From assembly GCF_009914755.1 (NCBI RefSeq), contig NC_060934.1: 64,000 bases of DNA, one strand, 5' to 3'. Made by a program: the position numbers and the translations under genes. Numbering within the stretch: the first letter of the stretch is position 1; each line of letters starts with the position of its first letter. Below, piece after piece: positions 1 to 13,383 of the stretch. This DNA comes from the human T2T-CHM13v2.0 reference genome, Homo sapiens. Below the pieces are notes generated by a model, which saw nothing but the letters and a program-made list of their open reading frames with translations, searched no databases and was not told where the DNA came from.

Positions 1-560
1 GAAACTAGTTTGTGATGTGTGCCTTCAACTCACAGAGTTTAACCTTTCTTTTCATAGAGCAGTTTGGAAACACTCTATTTGTAAAGTCTGCAACTGGATA
101 TTTGGACCTCTTTGATTCCTTCGTTGGAAAAGGGATTTCTTCATATAACGCTAGACAGAAGAATTCTCAGTAGCTTCTTTGTGTTGTGTGTATTCAACTC
201 ACAGAGTTGAACGTTTCTTTAGAGAGAGCAGAGTTGAAACACTTTTTGTGGAATTTGCTAGTGCAGATTTCAAACGCTTCGAAGACAGTGATAGAAAAGG
301 ATATATCTTCGTATTAAAACTAGACAAAATCATTCTCAGAAAACACTTTGTGATGTGTGTGTTCAACTCACAGAGTTTAACCTTTCTTTAATCGAGCAGT
401 TTGGAAATACACTCTTTGTAAGTCTGCAGGTGGATAATTGGCCCTCTTTGAGCCGTTCGTTGGAAACGGGATTTCCTCATATAATGCTAGACAGAAGAAT
501 TCTCAGTAACTTCTTTGTGTTGTTTGTATTCAACTCACAGAGTGGAACCTTCCTTTATTC
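1..560 (+). repeat. Divergent alpha monomers of a related HOR type (canonical D10Z1-like) preceding the 14-mer array
   Basis: Contains variants absent from all downstream units: CACTCTATTTG, CGCTTCGAAGACAGTGATAG, CAGAAAACACTTTG, GGAAATACACTCTTTGTAAGTCTG, CAGAGTGGAACC. Confidence 0.75.
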
Positions 561-3500
561 AGAGCAGTTTTGAAACACTCTTTTTGTGGAATTTCCAGGT
601 GGAGATTTCAAGAGATTTGACGCCTATCTTAGAGATGGAAATATCTTCGTATTAAAAGTACACAGAGTCATTCGCAGAAACTAGTTTGTGATGTGTGCCT
701 TCAACTCACAGAGTTTAACCTTTCTTTTCATAGAGCAGTCTGGAAACACTCTGTTTGTAAAGTCTGCAGGTGGATATTTGGACCTCTTTGAGGACTCAGT
801 TGGAAACGGGATTTCTTCATATAAAGCTAGACAGAAGAATTCTCATTAACTTCTTTGTGTTGTGTGCATTCAACTCACAGAGTTGAAACTTTCTTTAGAG
901 AGAGCAGATTTGAAACACTCTTTCTGTGGAATTTGCTAGTGCAGATATCAAACGCTTCGAGGAAAATGGCAGAAAAGGTTATATCTTCATATTAAAATTA
1001 GACAAAATCATTCTCAGAATACACTTTGTGATGTGTGTGTTCAACTCACAGAGTTTAACATTCCTTTAATCGAGCAGTTAGGAAACAATCTCTTTGTAAA
1101 GTCTGCAAGTGGATAATTGGCCGTCTTTGAGCCCTTCGGTGGAAACGGGATTTCCTCATATAATGCTAGACAGAAGAATTCTCAGTAACTTCTTCGTGTT
1201 GTTTGTATTCAACTCAGAGATTTGAACCTTCCTTTGGAGAGAGCAGATTTGAGAAACTCTTTTTTTGGTATTTGCAAGTACAGATTTCAAGCGCTCCTAG
1301 GCCTATGGCAGAAAAGGAAATATCTTTGTATAAAAACTACACAGAATCATTCTCAACAACTACTTTGTGATGTGAGCGTTCAACTCACAGAGTTTAACCT
1401 TTCTTTTCATAGAGCACTTTGGAAAGACACTGTCTGTAAAGTCTGCAAGTGCTTATTTGGACTTCTTTGAGGCCTTCGTTGGAAACGGGATTTCTTCATA
1501 TAACGCTAGACAGAATTCTCATTTACTTCTTTGTGTTGTGTGCATTCAACTCACAGAGTTGAAACTTTCTTTAGGGAGAGCAGATTTGAAACACCCTTTC
1601 TGTGGAGTTTGCTAGTGCAGATTTCAAACGCTTCGAGGACAATGGTAGAAAAGGATATATCTTCGTATTAAAACTAGACAAAATCATTCTCAGAATACAC
1701 TTTGTGATGTGTGTGTTCAACTTACAGAGTTTAACCTTTCTTTAATCGAGCAGTTTGGAAACACTCTCTTTGTAAATTCTCCCAGTGGATAATTGGCCCT
1801 CTTTGAGCCCTTCGTTGGAAACGGGATTTCCTCATATAATGCTAGACAGAAGAATTCTCAGTAACTTCTTTGTGTTGTTTGTATTCAACTCACAGATTTC
1901 AACCTTCCTTTAGAGAGAGCAGATTTGAAACACTCTTTTTTTTGGTATTTGCAAGTGCAGATTCCAAGCGCTTCTAGGCCTATGGCAGAAAAGGAAATAT
2001 CTTCGTATAAAAACTACACAGAATCATTCTCAACAACTACTTTGTGATGTGTGCGTTCAACTCACAGAGTTTAACCTTTCTTTTCATAGAGCAGTTTGGA
2101 AACACTCTGTTTGTAATGTCTGCAAGTGCATATTTGGACTTCTTTGAGGCCTTCGTTGGAAACGGGATTTCTTCATATAATGCTTGACAGAAAAATTCTC
2201 AGTCACTTCTTTCTGTTGTGGTATTCAAGTCACAGAGTTGAAACTTCCTTTAGACAGAGCAGTTTTGAAAATCTCTTTCTGTGGAATTTGCAAGTGGAGA
2301 TTTCAAGCGATTTGAGGCCAATCTTTGAAATGGAAATATCTTCGTGTAAAAACTACACAGAATCATTCTCAGGAACTGCTTTCTGATGTGTGCGTTCAAC
2401 ACACGGAGTTTAACCTTTCTTTTCATAGAGCAGTTTGGAAACACTCTGTTTGTAAAGTCTGCAAGTGCATATTTGGACCTCTTTGAGGCCTTGGTTGGAA
2501 ACGTGATTTCTTCATATAATGCTAGACAGAAGAATTATCAGTCACTTCTTTGTGTTGTGTGTATTCAAGTCACAGAGTTGAACCTTCCTTTAGACAGAGC
2601 AGTTTTGAAAAACTCTTTCTGTGGAATTTGCAAGTGGAGATTTCAAGCGATTTGAGGCCAATCTTTGAAATGGAAATCTCTTCGTGTAAAAACTACACAG
2701 AATCATTCTCAGAAACTGCTTTGTGATGTCTGCGTTCAGCTTACAGAGTTTCACCTTTCTTTTTATAGAGCAGTTTGGAAAGACTCTGTCTGTAAAGTCT
2801 GCAAGTGAATACTTGGACACCTTTGTGTACTTCGTTGGAAGAGAGATTTTTTCATTTACTGCTAGACAGAAGAATTCTCAGTAAATCCTTTGTGTTGTGT
2901 GAATTCAACTCACAGAGTTGAACCTTCCTTTATTCAGGGCAGTTTTGAAACACTCTTTTTGTGGAATTTCCAGGTGGAGATTTCAAGAGATTTGACGCCT
3001 ATCTTAGAGATGGAAATATCTTCATATTAAAAGTACACAGAGTCATTCGCAGAAACTAGTTTGTGATGTGTGCCTTCAACTCACAGAGTTTAACCTTTCT
3101 TTTCATAGAGCAGTCTGGAAACACTCTGTTTGTAAAGTCTGCAAGTGGATATTTGGACCTCTTTGAGGACTCAGTTGGAAACGGGATTTCTTCATATAAA
3201 GCTAGACAGAAGAATTCTCATTAACTTCTTTGTGTTGTGTGCATTCAACTCACAGAGTTGAAACTTTCTTTAGAGAGAGCAGATTTGAAACACTCTTTCT
3301 GTGGAATTTGCTAGTGCAGATATCAAACGCTTCGAGGACAATGGCAGAAAAGGTTATATCTTCATATTAAAATTAGACAAAATCATTCTCAGAATACACT
3401 TTGTGATGTGTGTGTTCAACTCACAGAGTTTAACATTCCTTTAATCGAGCAGTTAGGAAACAATCTCTTTGTAAAGTCTGCAAGTGGATAATTGGCCGTC

Positions 3501-5245
3501 TTTGAGCCCTTCGCTGGAAACGGGATTTCCTCATATAATGCTAGACAGAAGAATTCTCAGTAACTTCTTCGTGTTGTTTGTATTCAACTCAGAGATTTGA
3601 ACCTTCCTTTGGAGAGAGCAGATTTGAGAAACTCTTTTTTTGGTATTTGCAAGTACAGATTTCAAGCGCTCCTAGGCCTATGGCAGGAAAGGAAATATCT
3701 TTGTATAAAAACTACACAGAATCATTCTCAACAACTACTTTGTGATGTGAGCGTTCAACTCACAGAGTTTAACCTTTCTTTTCATAGAGCACTTTGGAAA
3801 GACACTGTCTGTAAAGTCTGCAAGTGCTTATTTGGACTTCTTTGAGGCCTTCGTTGGAAACGGGATTTCTTCATATAACGCTAGACAGAATTCTCATTTA
3901 CTTCTTTGTGTTGTGTGCATTCAACTCACAGAGTTGAAACTTTCTTTAGAGAGAGCAGATTTGAAACACCCTTTCTGTGGAGTTTGCTAGTGCAGATTTC
4001 AAACGCTTCGAGGACAATGGTAGAAAAGGATATATCTTCGTATTAAAACTAGACAAAATCATTCTCAGAATACACTTTGTGATGTGTGTGTTCCACTTAC
4101 AGAGTTTAACTTTTCCTTAATCGAGCAGTTTGGAAACACTCTCTTTGTAAAGTCTCCAAGTGGATAATTGGCCCTCTTTGAGCCCTTCGTTGGAAACGGG
4201 ATTTCCTCATATAATTCTAGAAAGAAGAATTCTCAGTAACTTCTTTGTGTTGTTTGTATTCAACTCACAGATTTCAACCTTCCTTTAGAGAGAGCAGATT
4301 TGAAACACTCTTTTTTTGGTATTTGCAAGTGCAGATTCCAAGCGCTTCTAGGCCTATGGCAGAAAAGGAAATATCTTCGTATAAAAACTACACAGAATCA
4401 TTCTCAACAACTACTTTGTGATGTGTGTGTTCAACTCACAGAGTTTAACCTTTCTTTTCATAGAGCAGTTTGGAAACACTCTGTTTGTAATGTCTGCAAG
4501 TGCATATTTGGACTTCTTTGAGGCCTTCGTTGGAAACGGGATTTCTTCATATAATGCTTGACAGAAGAATTCTCAGTCACTTCTTTGTGTTGTGGTATTC
4601 AAGTCACAGAGTTGAAACTTCCTTTAGACAGAGCAGTTTTGAAAATCTCTTTCTGTGGAATTTGGAAGTGGAGATTTCAAGCGATTTGAGGCCAATCTTT
4701 GAAATGGAAATATCTTCGTGTAAAAACTACACAGAATCATTCTCAGGAACTACTTTCTGATGTGTGCGTTCAACACACGGAGTTTAACCTTTCTTTTCAT
4801 AGAGCAGTTTGGAAACACTCTGTTTGTAAAGTCTGCAAGTGCATATTTGGACCTCTTTGAGGCCTTCGTTGGAAACTTGATTTCTTCATATAATGCTAGA
4901 CAGAAGAATTATCAGTCACTTCTTTGTGTTGTGTGTATTCAAGTCACAGAGTTGAACCTTCCTTTAGACAGAGCAGTTTTGAAAAACTCTTTCTGTGGAA
5001 TTTGCAAGTGGAGATTTCAAGCGATTTGAGGCCAATCTTTGAAATGGAAATCTCTTCGTGTAAAAACTACACAGAATCATTCTCAGAAACTGCTTTGTGA
5101 TGTCTGCGTTCAGCTTACAGAGTTTCACCTTTATTTTTATAGAGCAGTTTGGAAAGACTCTGTCTGTGAAGTCTGCAAGTGAATACTTGGACCCCTTTGT
5201 GTACTTCGTTGGAAGAGGGATTTTTTCATTTACTGCTAGACAGAA

Positions 5246-6941
5246 GAATTCTCAGTAAATCCTTTGTGTTGTGTGAATTCAACTCACAGAGTTGAACCTT
5301 CCTTTATTCAGAGCAGCTTTGAAACACTCTTTTTGTGGAATTTCCAGGTGCAGATTTCAAGAGATTTGACGCCTATCTTAGACATGGAAATATCTTCGTA
5401 TTAAAACTACAGAGTCATTCGCAGAAACTAGTTTGTGATGTGTGCCTTCAACTCACAGAGTTTAACCTTTCTTTTCATAGAGCAGTCTGGAAACACTCTG
5501 TTTGTAAAGTCTGCAAGTGGGTATTTGGACCTCTTTGAGGACTCAGTTGGAAACGGGATTTCTTCATATAACGCTAGACAGAAGAATTCTCATTAACTTC
5601 TTTGTGTTGTGTGTATTCAACTCACAGAGTTGAAACTTTCTTTAGAGAGAGCAGATTTGAAACACCCTTTCTGTGGAGTTTGCTAGTGCAGATTTCAAAC
5701 GCTTCGAGGACAATGGTAGAAAAGGATATATCTTCGTATTAAAACTAGACAAAATCATTCTCAGAATACACTTTGTGATGTGTGTGTTCCACTTACAGAG
5801 TTTAACCTTTCTTTAATCGAGCAGTTTGGAAACACTCTCTTTGTAAAGTCTCCAAGTGGATAATTGGCCCTCTTTGAGCCCTTCGTTGGAAACGGGATTT
5901 CCTCATATAATGCTAGACAGAAGAATTCTCAGTAACTTCTTTGTGTTGTTTGTATTCAACTCACAGATTTGATCCTTCATTAAGAGAGAGCAGATTTGAA
6001 ACACTCTTTTTTTGGTATTTGCAAGTGCAGATTCCAAGCGCTTCTAGGCCTATGGCAGAAAAGGAAATATCTTCGTATAAAAACTACACAGAATCATTCT
6101 CAACAACTACTTTGTGATGTGTGTGTTCAACTCACAGAGTTTAACCTTTCTTTTCATAGAGCAGTTTGGAAACACTCTGTTTGTAATGTCTGCAAGTGCA
6201 TATTTGGACTTCTTTGAGGCCTTCGTTGGAAACGGGATTTCTTCATACAATGCTTGACAGAAGAATTCTCAGTCACTTCTTTGTGTTGTGGTATTCAAGT
6301 CACAGAGTTGAAACTTCCTTTAGACAGAGCAGTTTTGAAAATCTCTTTCTGTGGAATTTGCAAGTGTAGATTTCAAGCGATTTGAGGCCAATCTTTGAAA
6401 TGGAAATATCTTCGTGTAAAAACTACACAGAATCATTCTCAGGAACTGCTTTCTAATGTGTGCGTTCAACACACGGAGTTTAACCTTTCTTTTCATAGAG
6501 CAGTTTGGAAACACTCTGTTTGTAAAGTCTGCAAGTGCATATTTGAACCTCTTTGAGGCCTTCGTTGGAAACGTGATTTCTTCATATAATGCTAGACAGA
6601 AGAATTATCAGTCACTTCTTTGTGTTGTGTGTATTCAAGTCACAGAGTTGAACCTTCCTTTAGACAGAGCAGTTTTGAAAAACTCTTTCTGTGGAATTTG
6701 CAAGTGGAGATTTCAAGCGATTTGAGGCCAATCTTTGAAATGGAAATCTCTTCGTGTAAAAACTACACAGAATCATTCTCAGAAACTGCTTTGTGATGTC
6801 TGCGTTCAGCTTACAGAGTTTCACCTTTCTTTTTATAGAGCAGTTTGGAAAGACTCTGTCTGTAAAGTCTGCAAGTGAATACTTGGACACCTTTGTGTAC
6901 TTCGTTGGAAGAGGGATTTTTTCATTTACTGCTAGACAGAA
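5246..6941 (+). repeat. 10-mer HOR structural variant (D2-D3 tetramer deleted), 1696 bp
   Basis: Anchor spacing 5335 to 7031 is 1696 bp. D1 runs into D4-type sequence, and the D3 marker GCTCCTAGGCC is absent. Confidence 0.93.
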
Positions 6942-9900
6942 GAATTCTCAGTAAATCCTTTGTGTTGTGTGAATTCAACTCACAGAGTTGAACCTTCCTT
7001 TATTCAGAGCAGCTTTGAAACACTCTTTTTGTGGAATTTCCAGGTGGAGATTTCAAGAGATTTGACGCCTATCTTAGACATGGAAATATCTTCGTATTAA
7101 AACTACAGAGTCATTCGCAGAAACTAGTTTGTGATGTGTGCCTTCAACTCACAGAGTTTAACCTTTCTTTTCATAGAGCAGTCTGGAAACACTCTGTTTG
7201 TAAAGTCTGCAAGTGGATATTTGGACCTCTTTGAGGACTCAGTTGGAAACGGGATTTCTTCATATAACGCTAGACAGAAGAATTCTCATTAAGTTCTTTG
7301 TGTTGTGTGCATTCAACTCACAGAGTTGAAACTTTCTTTAGAGAGAGCAGATTTGAAACACTCTTTCTGTGGAATTTGCTAGTGCAGATATCAAACGCTT
7401 CGAGGACAATGGCAGAAAAGGTTATATCTTCATATTAAAATTAGAGAAAATCATTCTCAGAATACACTTTGTGATGTGTGTGTTCAACTCACAGAGTTTA
7501 ACATTCCTTTAATCGAGCAGTTAGGAAACACTCTTTTTGTAAAGTCTGCAAGTGGATAATTGGCCGTCTTTGAGCCCTTCGCTGGAAACGGGATTTCCTC
7601 ATATAATGCTAGACCGAAGAATTCTCAGTAAATTCTTCGTGTTGTTTGTATTCAACTCAGAGATTTGAACCTTCCTTTGCAGAGAGCAGATTTGAAAAAC
7701 TCTTTTTTTGGTATTTGCAAGTATAGATTTCAAGCGCTCCTAGGCCTATGGCAGAAAAGGAAATATCTTCGTATAAAAACTACACAGAATCATTCTCAAC
7801 AACTACTTTGTGATGTGAGCGTTCAACTCACAGAGTTTAACCTTTCTTTTCATAGAGCACTTTGGAAAGACTCTGTCTGTAAAGTCTGCAAGTGCTTATT
7901 TGGACTTCTTTGAGGCCTTCGTTGGAAACGGGATTTCTTCATATAACGCTGGACAGAAGAATTCTCATTTACTTCTTTGTGTTGTGTGCATTCAACTCTG
8001 AGTTGAAACTTTCTTTAGAGAGAGCAGATTTGAAATACCCTTTCTGTGGAGTTTGCTAGTGCAGATTTCAAACGCTTCGAGGACAATGGTAGAAAAGGAT
8101 ATATCTTCGTATTAAAACTAGATAAAATCATTCTCAGAATACACTTTGTGATGTGTGTGTTCCACTTACAGAGTTTAACCTTTCTTTAATCGAGCAGTTT
8201 GGAAACACTCTCTTTGTAAAGTCTCCAAGTGGATAATTGGCCCTCTTTGAGCCCTTCGTTGGAAACGGGATTTCCTCATATAATTCTAGACAGAAGAATT
8301 CTCAGTAACTTCTTTGTGTTGTTTGTATTCAACTCACAGATTTCAACCTTCCTTTAGAGAGAGCAGATTTGAAACACTCTTTTTTTGGTATTTGCAAGTG
8401 CAGATTCCAAGCGCTTCTAGGCCTATGGCAGAAAAGGAAATATCTTCGTATAAAAACTACACAGAATCATTCTCAACAACTACTTTGTGATGTGTGTGTT
8501 CAACTCACAGAGTTTAACCTTTCTTTTCATAGAGCAGTTTGGAAACACTCTGTTTGTAATGTCTGCAAGTGCATATTTGGACTTCTTTGAGGCCTTCGTT
8601 GGAAACGGGATTTCTTCACATAATGCTTGACAGAAGAATTCTCAGTCACTTCTTTGTGTTGTGGTATTCAAGTCACAGAGTTGAAACTTCCTTTAGACAG
8701 AGCAGTTTTGAAAATCTCTTTCTGTGGAATTTGCAAGTGTAGAATTCAAGCGATTTGGGGCCAATCTTTGAAATGGAAATATCTTCGTGTAAAAACTACA
8801 CAGAATCATTCTCAGGAACTGCTTTCTGATGTGTGCGTTCAACACACGGAGTTTAACCTTTCTTTTCATAGAGCAGTTTGGAAACACTCCGTTTGTAAAG
8901 TCTGCAAGTGCATATTTGGACCTCTTTGAGGCCTTCGTTGGAAACGTGATTTCTTCATATAATGCTAGACAGAAGAATTATCAGTCACTTCTTTGTGTTG
9001 TGTGTATTCAAGTCACAGAGTTGAACCTTCCTTTAGACAGAGCAGTTTTGAAAAACTCTTTCTGTGGAATTTGCAAGTGGAGATTTCAAGCGATTTGAGG
9101 CCAATCTTTGAAATGGAAATCTCTTCGTGTAAAAACTACACAGAATCATTCTCAGAAACTGCTTTGTGATGTCTGCGTTCAGCTTACAGAGTTTCACCTT
9201 TCTTTTTATAGAGCAGTTTGGAAAGACTCTGTCTGTAAAGTCTGCAAGTGAATACTTGGACCCCTTTGTGTACTTCGTTGGAAGAGGGATTTTTTCATTT
9301 ACTGCTAGACAGAAGAATTCTCAGTAAATCCTTTGTGTTGTGTGAATTCAACTCACAGAGTTGAACCTTACTTTATTCAGAGCAGCTTTGAAACACTCTT
9401 TTTGTGGAATTTCCAGGTGCAGATTTCAAGAGATTTGACGCCTATCTTAGACATGGAAATATCTTCGTATTAAAACTACAGAGTCATTCGCAGAAACTAG
9501 TTTGTGATGTGTGCCTTCAACTCACAGAGTTTAACCTTTCTTTTCATAGAGCAGTCTGGAAACACTCTGTTTGTAAAGTCTGCAAGTGGATATTTGGACC
9601 TCTTTGAGGACTCAGTTGGAAACGGGATTTCTTCATATAACGCTAGACAGAAGAATTCTCATTAATTTCTTTGTGTTGTGTGCATTCAACTCACAGAGTT
9701 GAAACTTTCTTTAGAGAGAGCAGATTTGAAACACTCTTTCTGTGGAATTTGCTAGTGCAGATATCAAACGCTTCGAGGACAATGGCAGAAAAGGTTATAT
9801 CTTCATATTAAAATTAGACAAAATCATTCTCAGAATACACTTTGTGATGTGTGTGTTCAACTCACAGAGTTTAACATTCCTTTAATCGAGCAGTTAGGAA

Positions 9901-11689
9901 ACACTCTTTTTGTGAAGTCTGCAAGTGGATAATTGGCCGTCTTTGAGCCCTTCGCTGGAAACGGGATTTCCTCATACAATGCTAGACGGAAGAATTCTCA
10001 GTAACTTCTTCGTGTTGTTTGTATTCAACTCAGAGATTTGAACCTTCCTTTGGAGAGAGCAGATTTGAAAAACTCTTTTTTTGGTATTTGCAAGTACAGA
10101 TTGCAAGCGCTCCTAGGCCTATGGCAGAAAAGGAAATATCTTCGTATAAAAACTACACAGAATCATTCTCAACAACTACTTTGTGATGTGAGCGTTCAAC
10201 TCACAGAGTTTAACCTTTCTTTTCATAGAGCACTTTGGAAAGACTCTGTCTGTAAAGTCTGCAAGTGCTTATTTGGACTTCTTTGAGGCCTTCGTTGGAA
10301 ACGGGATTTCTTCATATAACGCTGGACAGAAGAATTCTCATTTACTTCTTTGTGTTGTGTGCATTCAACTCACAGAGTTGAAACTTTCTTTAGAGAGAGC
10401 AGATTTGAAACACCCTTTCTGTGGAGTTTGCTAGTGCAGATTTCAAACGCTTCGAGGACAATGGTAGAAAAGGATATATCTTCGTATTAAAACTAGACAA
10501 AATCATTCTCAGAATACACTTTGTGATGTGTGTGTTCCACTTACAGAGTTTAACCTTTCTTTAATCGAGCAGTTTGGAAACACTCTCTTTGTAAAGTCTC
10601 CAAGTGGATAATTGGCCCTCTTTGAGCCCTTCGTTGGAAACGGGATTTCCTCATATAATTCTAGACAGAAGAATTCTCAGTAACTTCTTTGTGTTGTTTG
10701 TATTCAACTCACAGATTTCAACCTTCCTTTAGAGAGAGCAGATTTGAAACACTCTTTTTTTGGTATTTGCGAGTGCAGATTCCAAGCGCTTCTAGGCCTA
10801 TGGCAGAAAAGGAAATATCTTCGTATAAAAACTACACAGAATCATTCTCAACAACTACTTTGTGATGTGTGTGTTCAACTCACAGAGTTTAACCTTTCTT
10901 TTCATAGAGCAGTTTGGAAACACTCTGTTTGTAATGTCTGCAAGTGCATATTTGGACTTATTTCAGGCCTTCGTTGGAAAGGGGATTTCCTCATATAATG
11001 CTTGACAGAAGAATTCTCAGTCACTTCTTTGTGTTGTGGTATTCAAGTCACAGAGTTGAAACTTCCTTTAGACAGAGCAGTTTTGAAAATCTCTTTCTGT
11101 GGAATTTGCAAGTGTAGATTTCAAGCGATTTGAGGCCAATCTTTGAAATGGAAATATCTTCGTGTAAAAACTACACAGAATCATTCTCAGGAACTGCTTT
11201 CTGATGTGTGCGTTCAACACACGGAGTTTAACCTTTCTTTTCATAGAGCAGTTTGGAAACACTCTGTTTGTAAAGTCTGCAAGTGCATATTTGAACCTCT
11301 TTGAGGCCTTCGTTGGAAACGTGATTTCTTCATATAATGCTAGACAGAAGAATTATCAGTCACTTCTTTGTGTTGTGTGTATTCAAGTCACAGAGTTGAA
11401 CCTTCCTTTAGACAGAGCAGTTTTGAAAAACTCTTTGTGTGGAATTTGCAAGTGGAGATTTCAAGCGATTTGAGGCCAATCTTTGAAATGGAAATCTCTT
11501 CGTGTAAAAACTACACAGAATCATTCTCAGAAACTGCTTTGTGATGTCTGCGTTCAGCTTACAGAGTTTCACCTTTCTTTTTACAGAGCAGTTTGGAAAG
11601 ACTCTGTCTGTAAAGTCTGCAAGTGAATACTTGGACGCCTTTGTGTACTTCGTTGGAAGAGGGATTTTTTCATTTACTGCTAGACAGAA

Positions 11690-13383
11690 GAATTCTCAGT
11701 AAATCCTTTGTGTTGTGTGAATTCAACTCACAGAGTTGAACCTTCCTTTATTCAGAGCAGCTTTGAAACACTCTTTTTGTGGAATTTCCAGGTGGAGATT
11801 TCAAGAGATTTGACGCCTATCTTAGACATGGAAATATCTTCGTATTAAAACTACAGAGTCATTCGCAGAAACTAGTTTGTGATGTGTGCCTTCAACTCAC
11901 AGAGTTTAACCTTTCTTTTCATAGAGCAGTCTGGAAACACTCTGTTTGTAAAGTCTGCAAGTGGATATTTGGACCTCTTTGAGGACTCAGTTGGAAACGG
12001 GATTTCTTCATATAACGCTAGACAGAAGAATTCTCATTTACTTCTTTGTGTTGTGTGCATTCAACTCAGAGTTGAAACTTTCTTTAGAGAGAGCAGATTT
12101 GAAATACCCTTTCTGTGGAGTTTGCTAGTGCAGATTTCAAACGCTTCGAGGACAATGGTAGAAAAGGATATATCTTCGTATTAAAACTAGATAAAATCAT
12201 TCTCAGAATACACTTTGTGATGTGTGTGTTCCACTTACAGAGTTTAACCTTTCTTTAATCGAGCAGTTTGGAAACACTCTCTTTGTAAAGTCTCCAAGTG
12301 GATAATTGGCCCTCTTTGAGCCCTTCGTTGGAAACGGGATTTCCTCATATAATTCTAGACAGAAGAATTCTCAGTAACTTCTTTGTGTTGTTTGTATTCA
12401 ACTCACAGATTTCAACCTTCCTTTAGAGAGAGCAGATTTGAAACACTCTTTTTTTGGTATTTGCAAGTGCAGATTCCAAGCGCTTCTAGGCCTATGGCAG
12501 AAAAGGAAATATCTTCGTATAAAAACTACACAGAATCATTCTCAACAACTACTTTGTGATGTGTGTGTTCAACTCACAGAGTTTAACCTTTCTTTTCATA
12601 GAGCAGTTTGGAAACACTCTGTTTGTAATGTCTGCAAGTGCATATTTGGACTTCTTTGAGGCCTTCGTTGGAAACGGGATTTCTTCACATAATGCTTGAC
12701 AGAAGAATTCTCAGTCACTTCTTTGTGTTGTGGTATTCAAGTCACAGAGTTGAAACTTCCTTTAGACAGAGCAGTTTTGAAAATCTCTTTCTGCGGAATT
12801 TGCAAGTGGAGATTTCAAGCGATTTGAGGCCAATCCTTGAAATGGAAATATCTTCGTGTAAAAACTACACAGAATCATTCTCAGGAACTGCTTTCTGATG
12901 TGTGCGTTCAACACACGGAGTTTAACCTTTCTTTTCATAGAGCAGTTTGGAAACACTCTGTTTGTAAAGTCTGCAAGTGCATATTTGGACCTCTTTGAGG
13001 CCTTCGTTGGAAACGTGATTTCTTCATATAATGCTAGACAGAAGAATTATCAGTCACTTCTTTGTGTTGTGTGTATTCAAGTCACAGAGTTGAACCTTCC
13101 TTTAGACAGAGCAGTTTTGAAAAACTCTTTCTGTGGAATTTGCAAGTGGAGATTTCAAGCGATTTGAGGCCAATCTTTGAAATGGAAATCTCTTCGTGTA
13201 AAAACTACACAGAATCATTCTCAGAAACTGCTTTGTGATGTCTGCGTTCAGCTTACAGAGTTTCACCTTTCTTTTTATAGAGCAGTTTGGAAAGACTATG
13301 TCTGTAAAGTCTGCAAGTGAATACTTGGACCCCTTTGTGTACTTCGTTGGAAGAGGGATTTTTTCATTTACTGCTAGACAGAA
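11690..13383 (+). repeat. 10-mer HOR structural variant (D2-D3 tetramer deleted), 1694 bp
   Basis: Anchor spacing 11779 to 13473 is 1694 bp. The D1 box GACTCAGTTGGAAACGGGA is followed directly by D4 (CATTTAC...ATACCCTTTC). Confidence 0.93.

Noticed and set aside
5246-6941. 1.7-kb 10-mer as a possible D16Z2 (chr16) unit
   Set aside because: The size match is coincidental. Its monomers are the same as those of the flanking 14-mer minus D2-D3.
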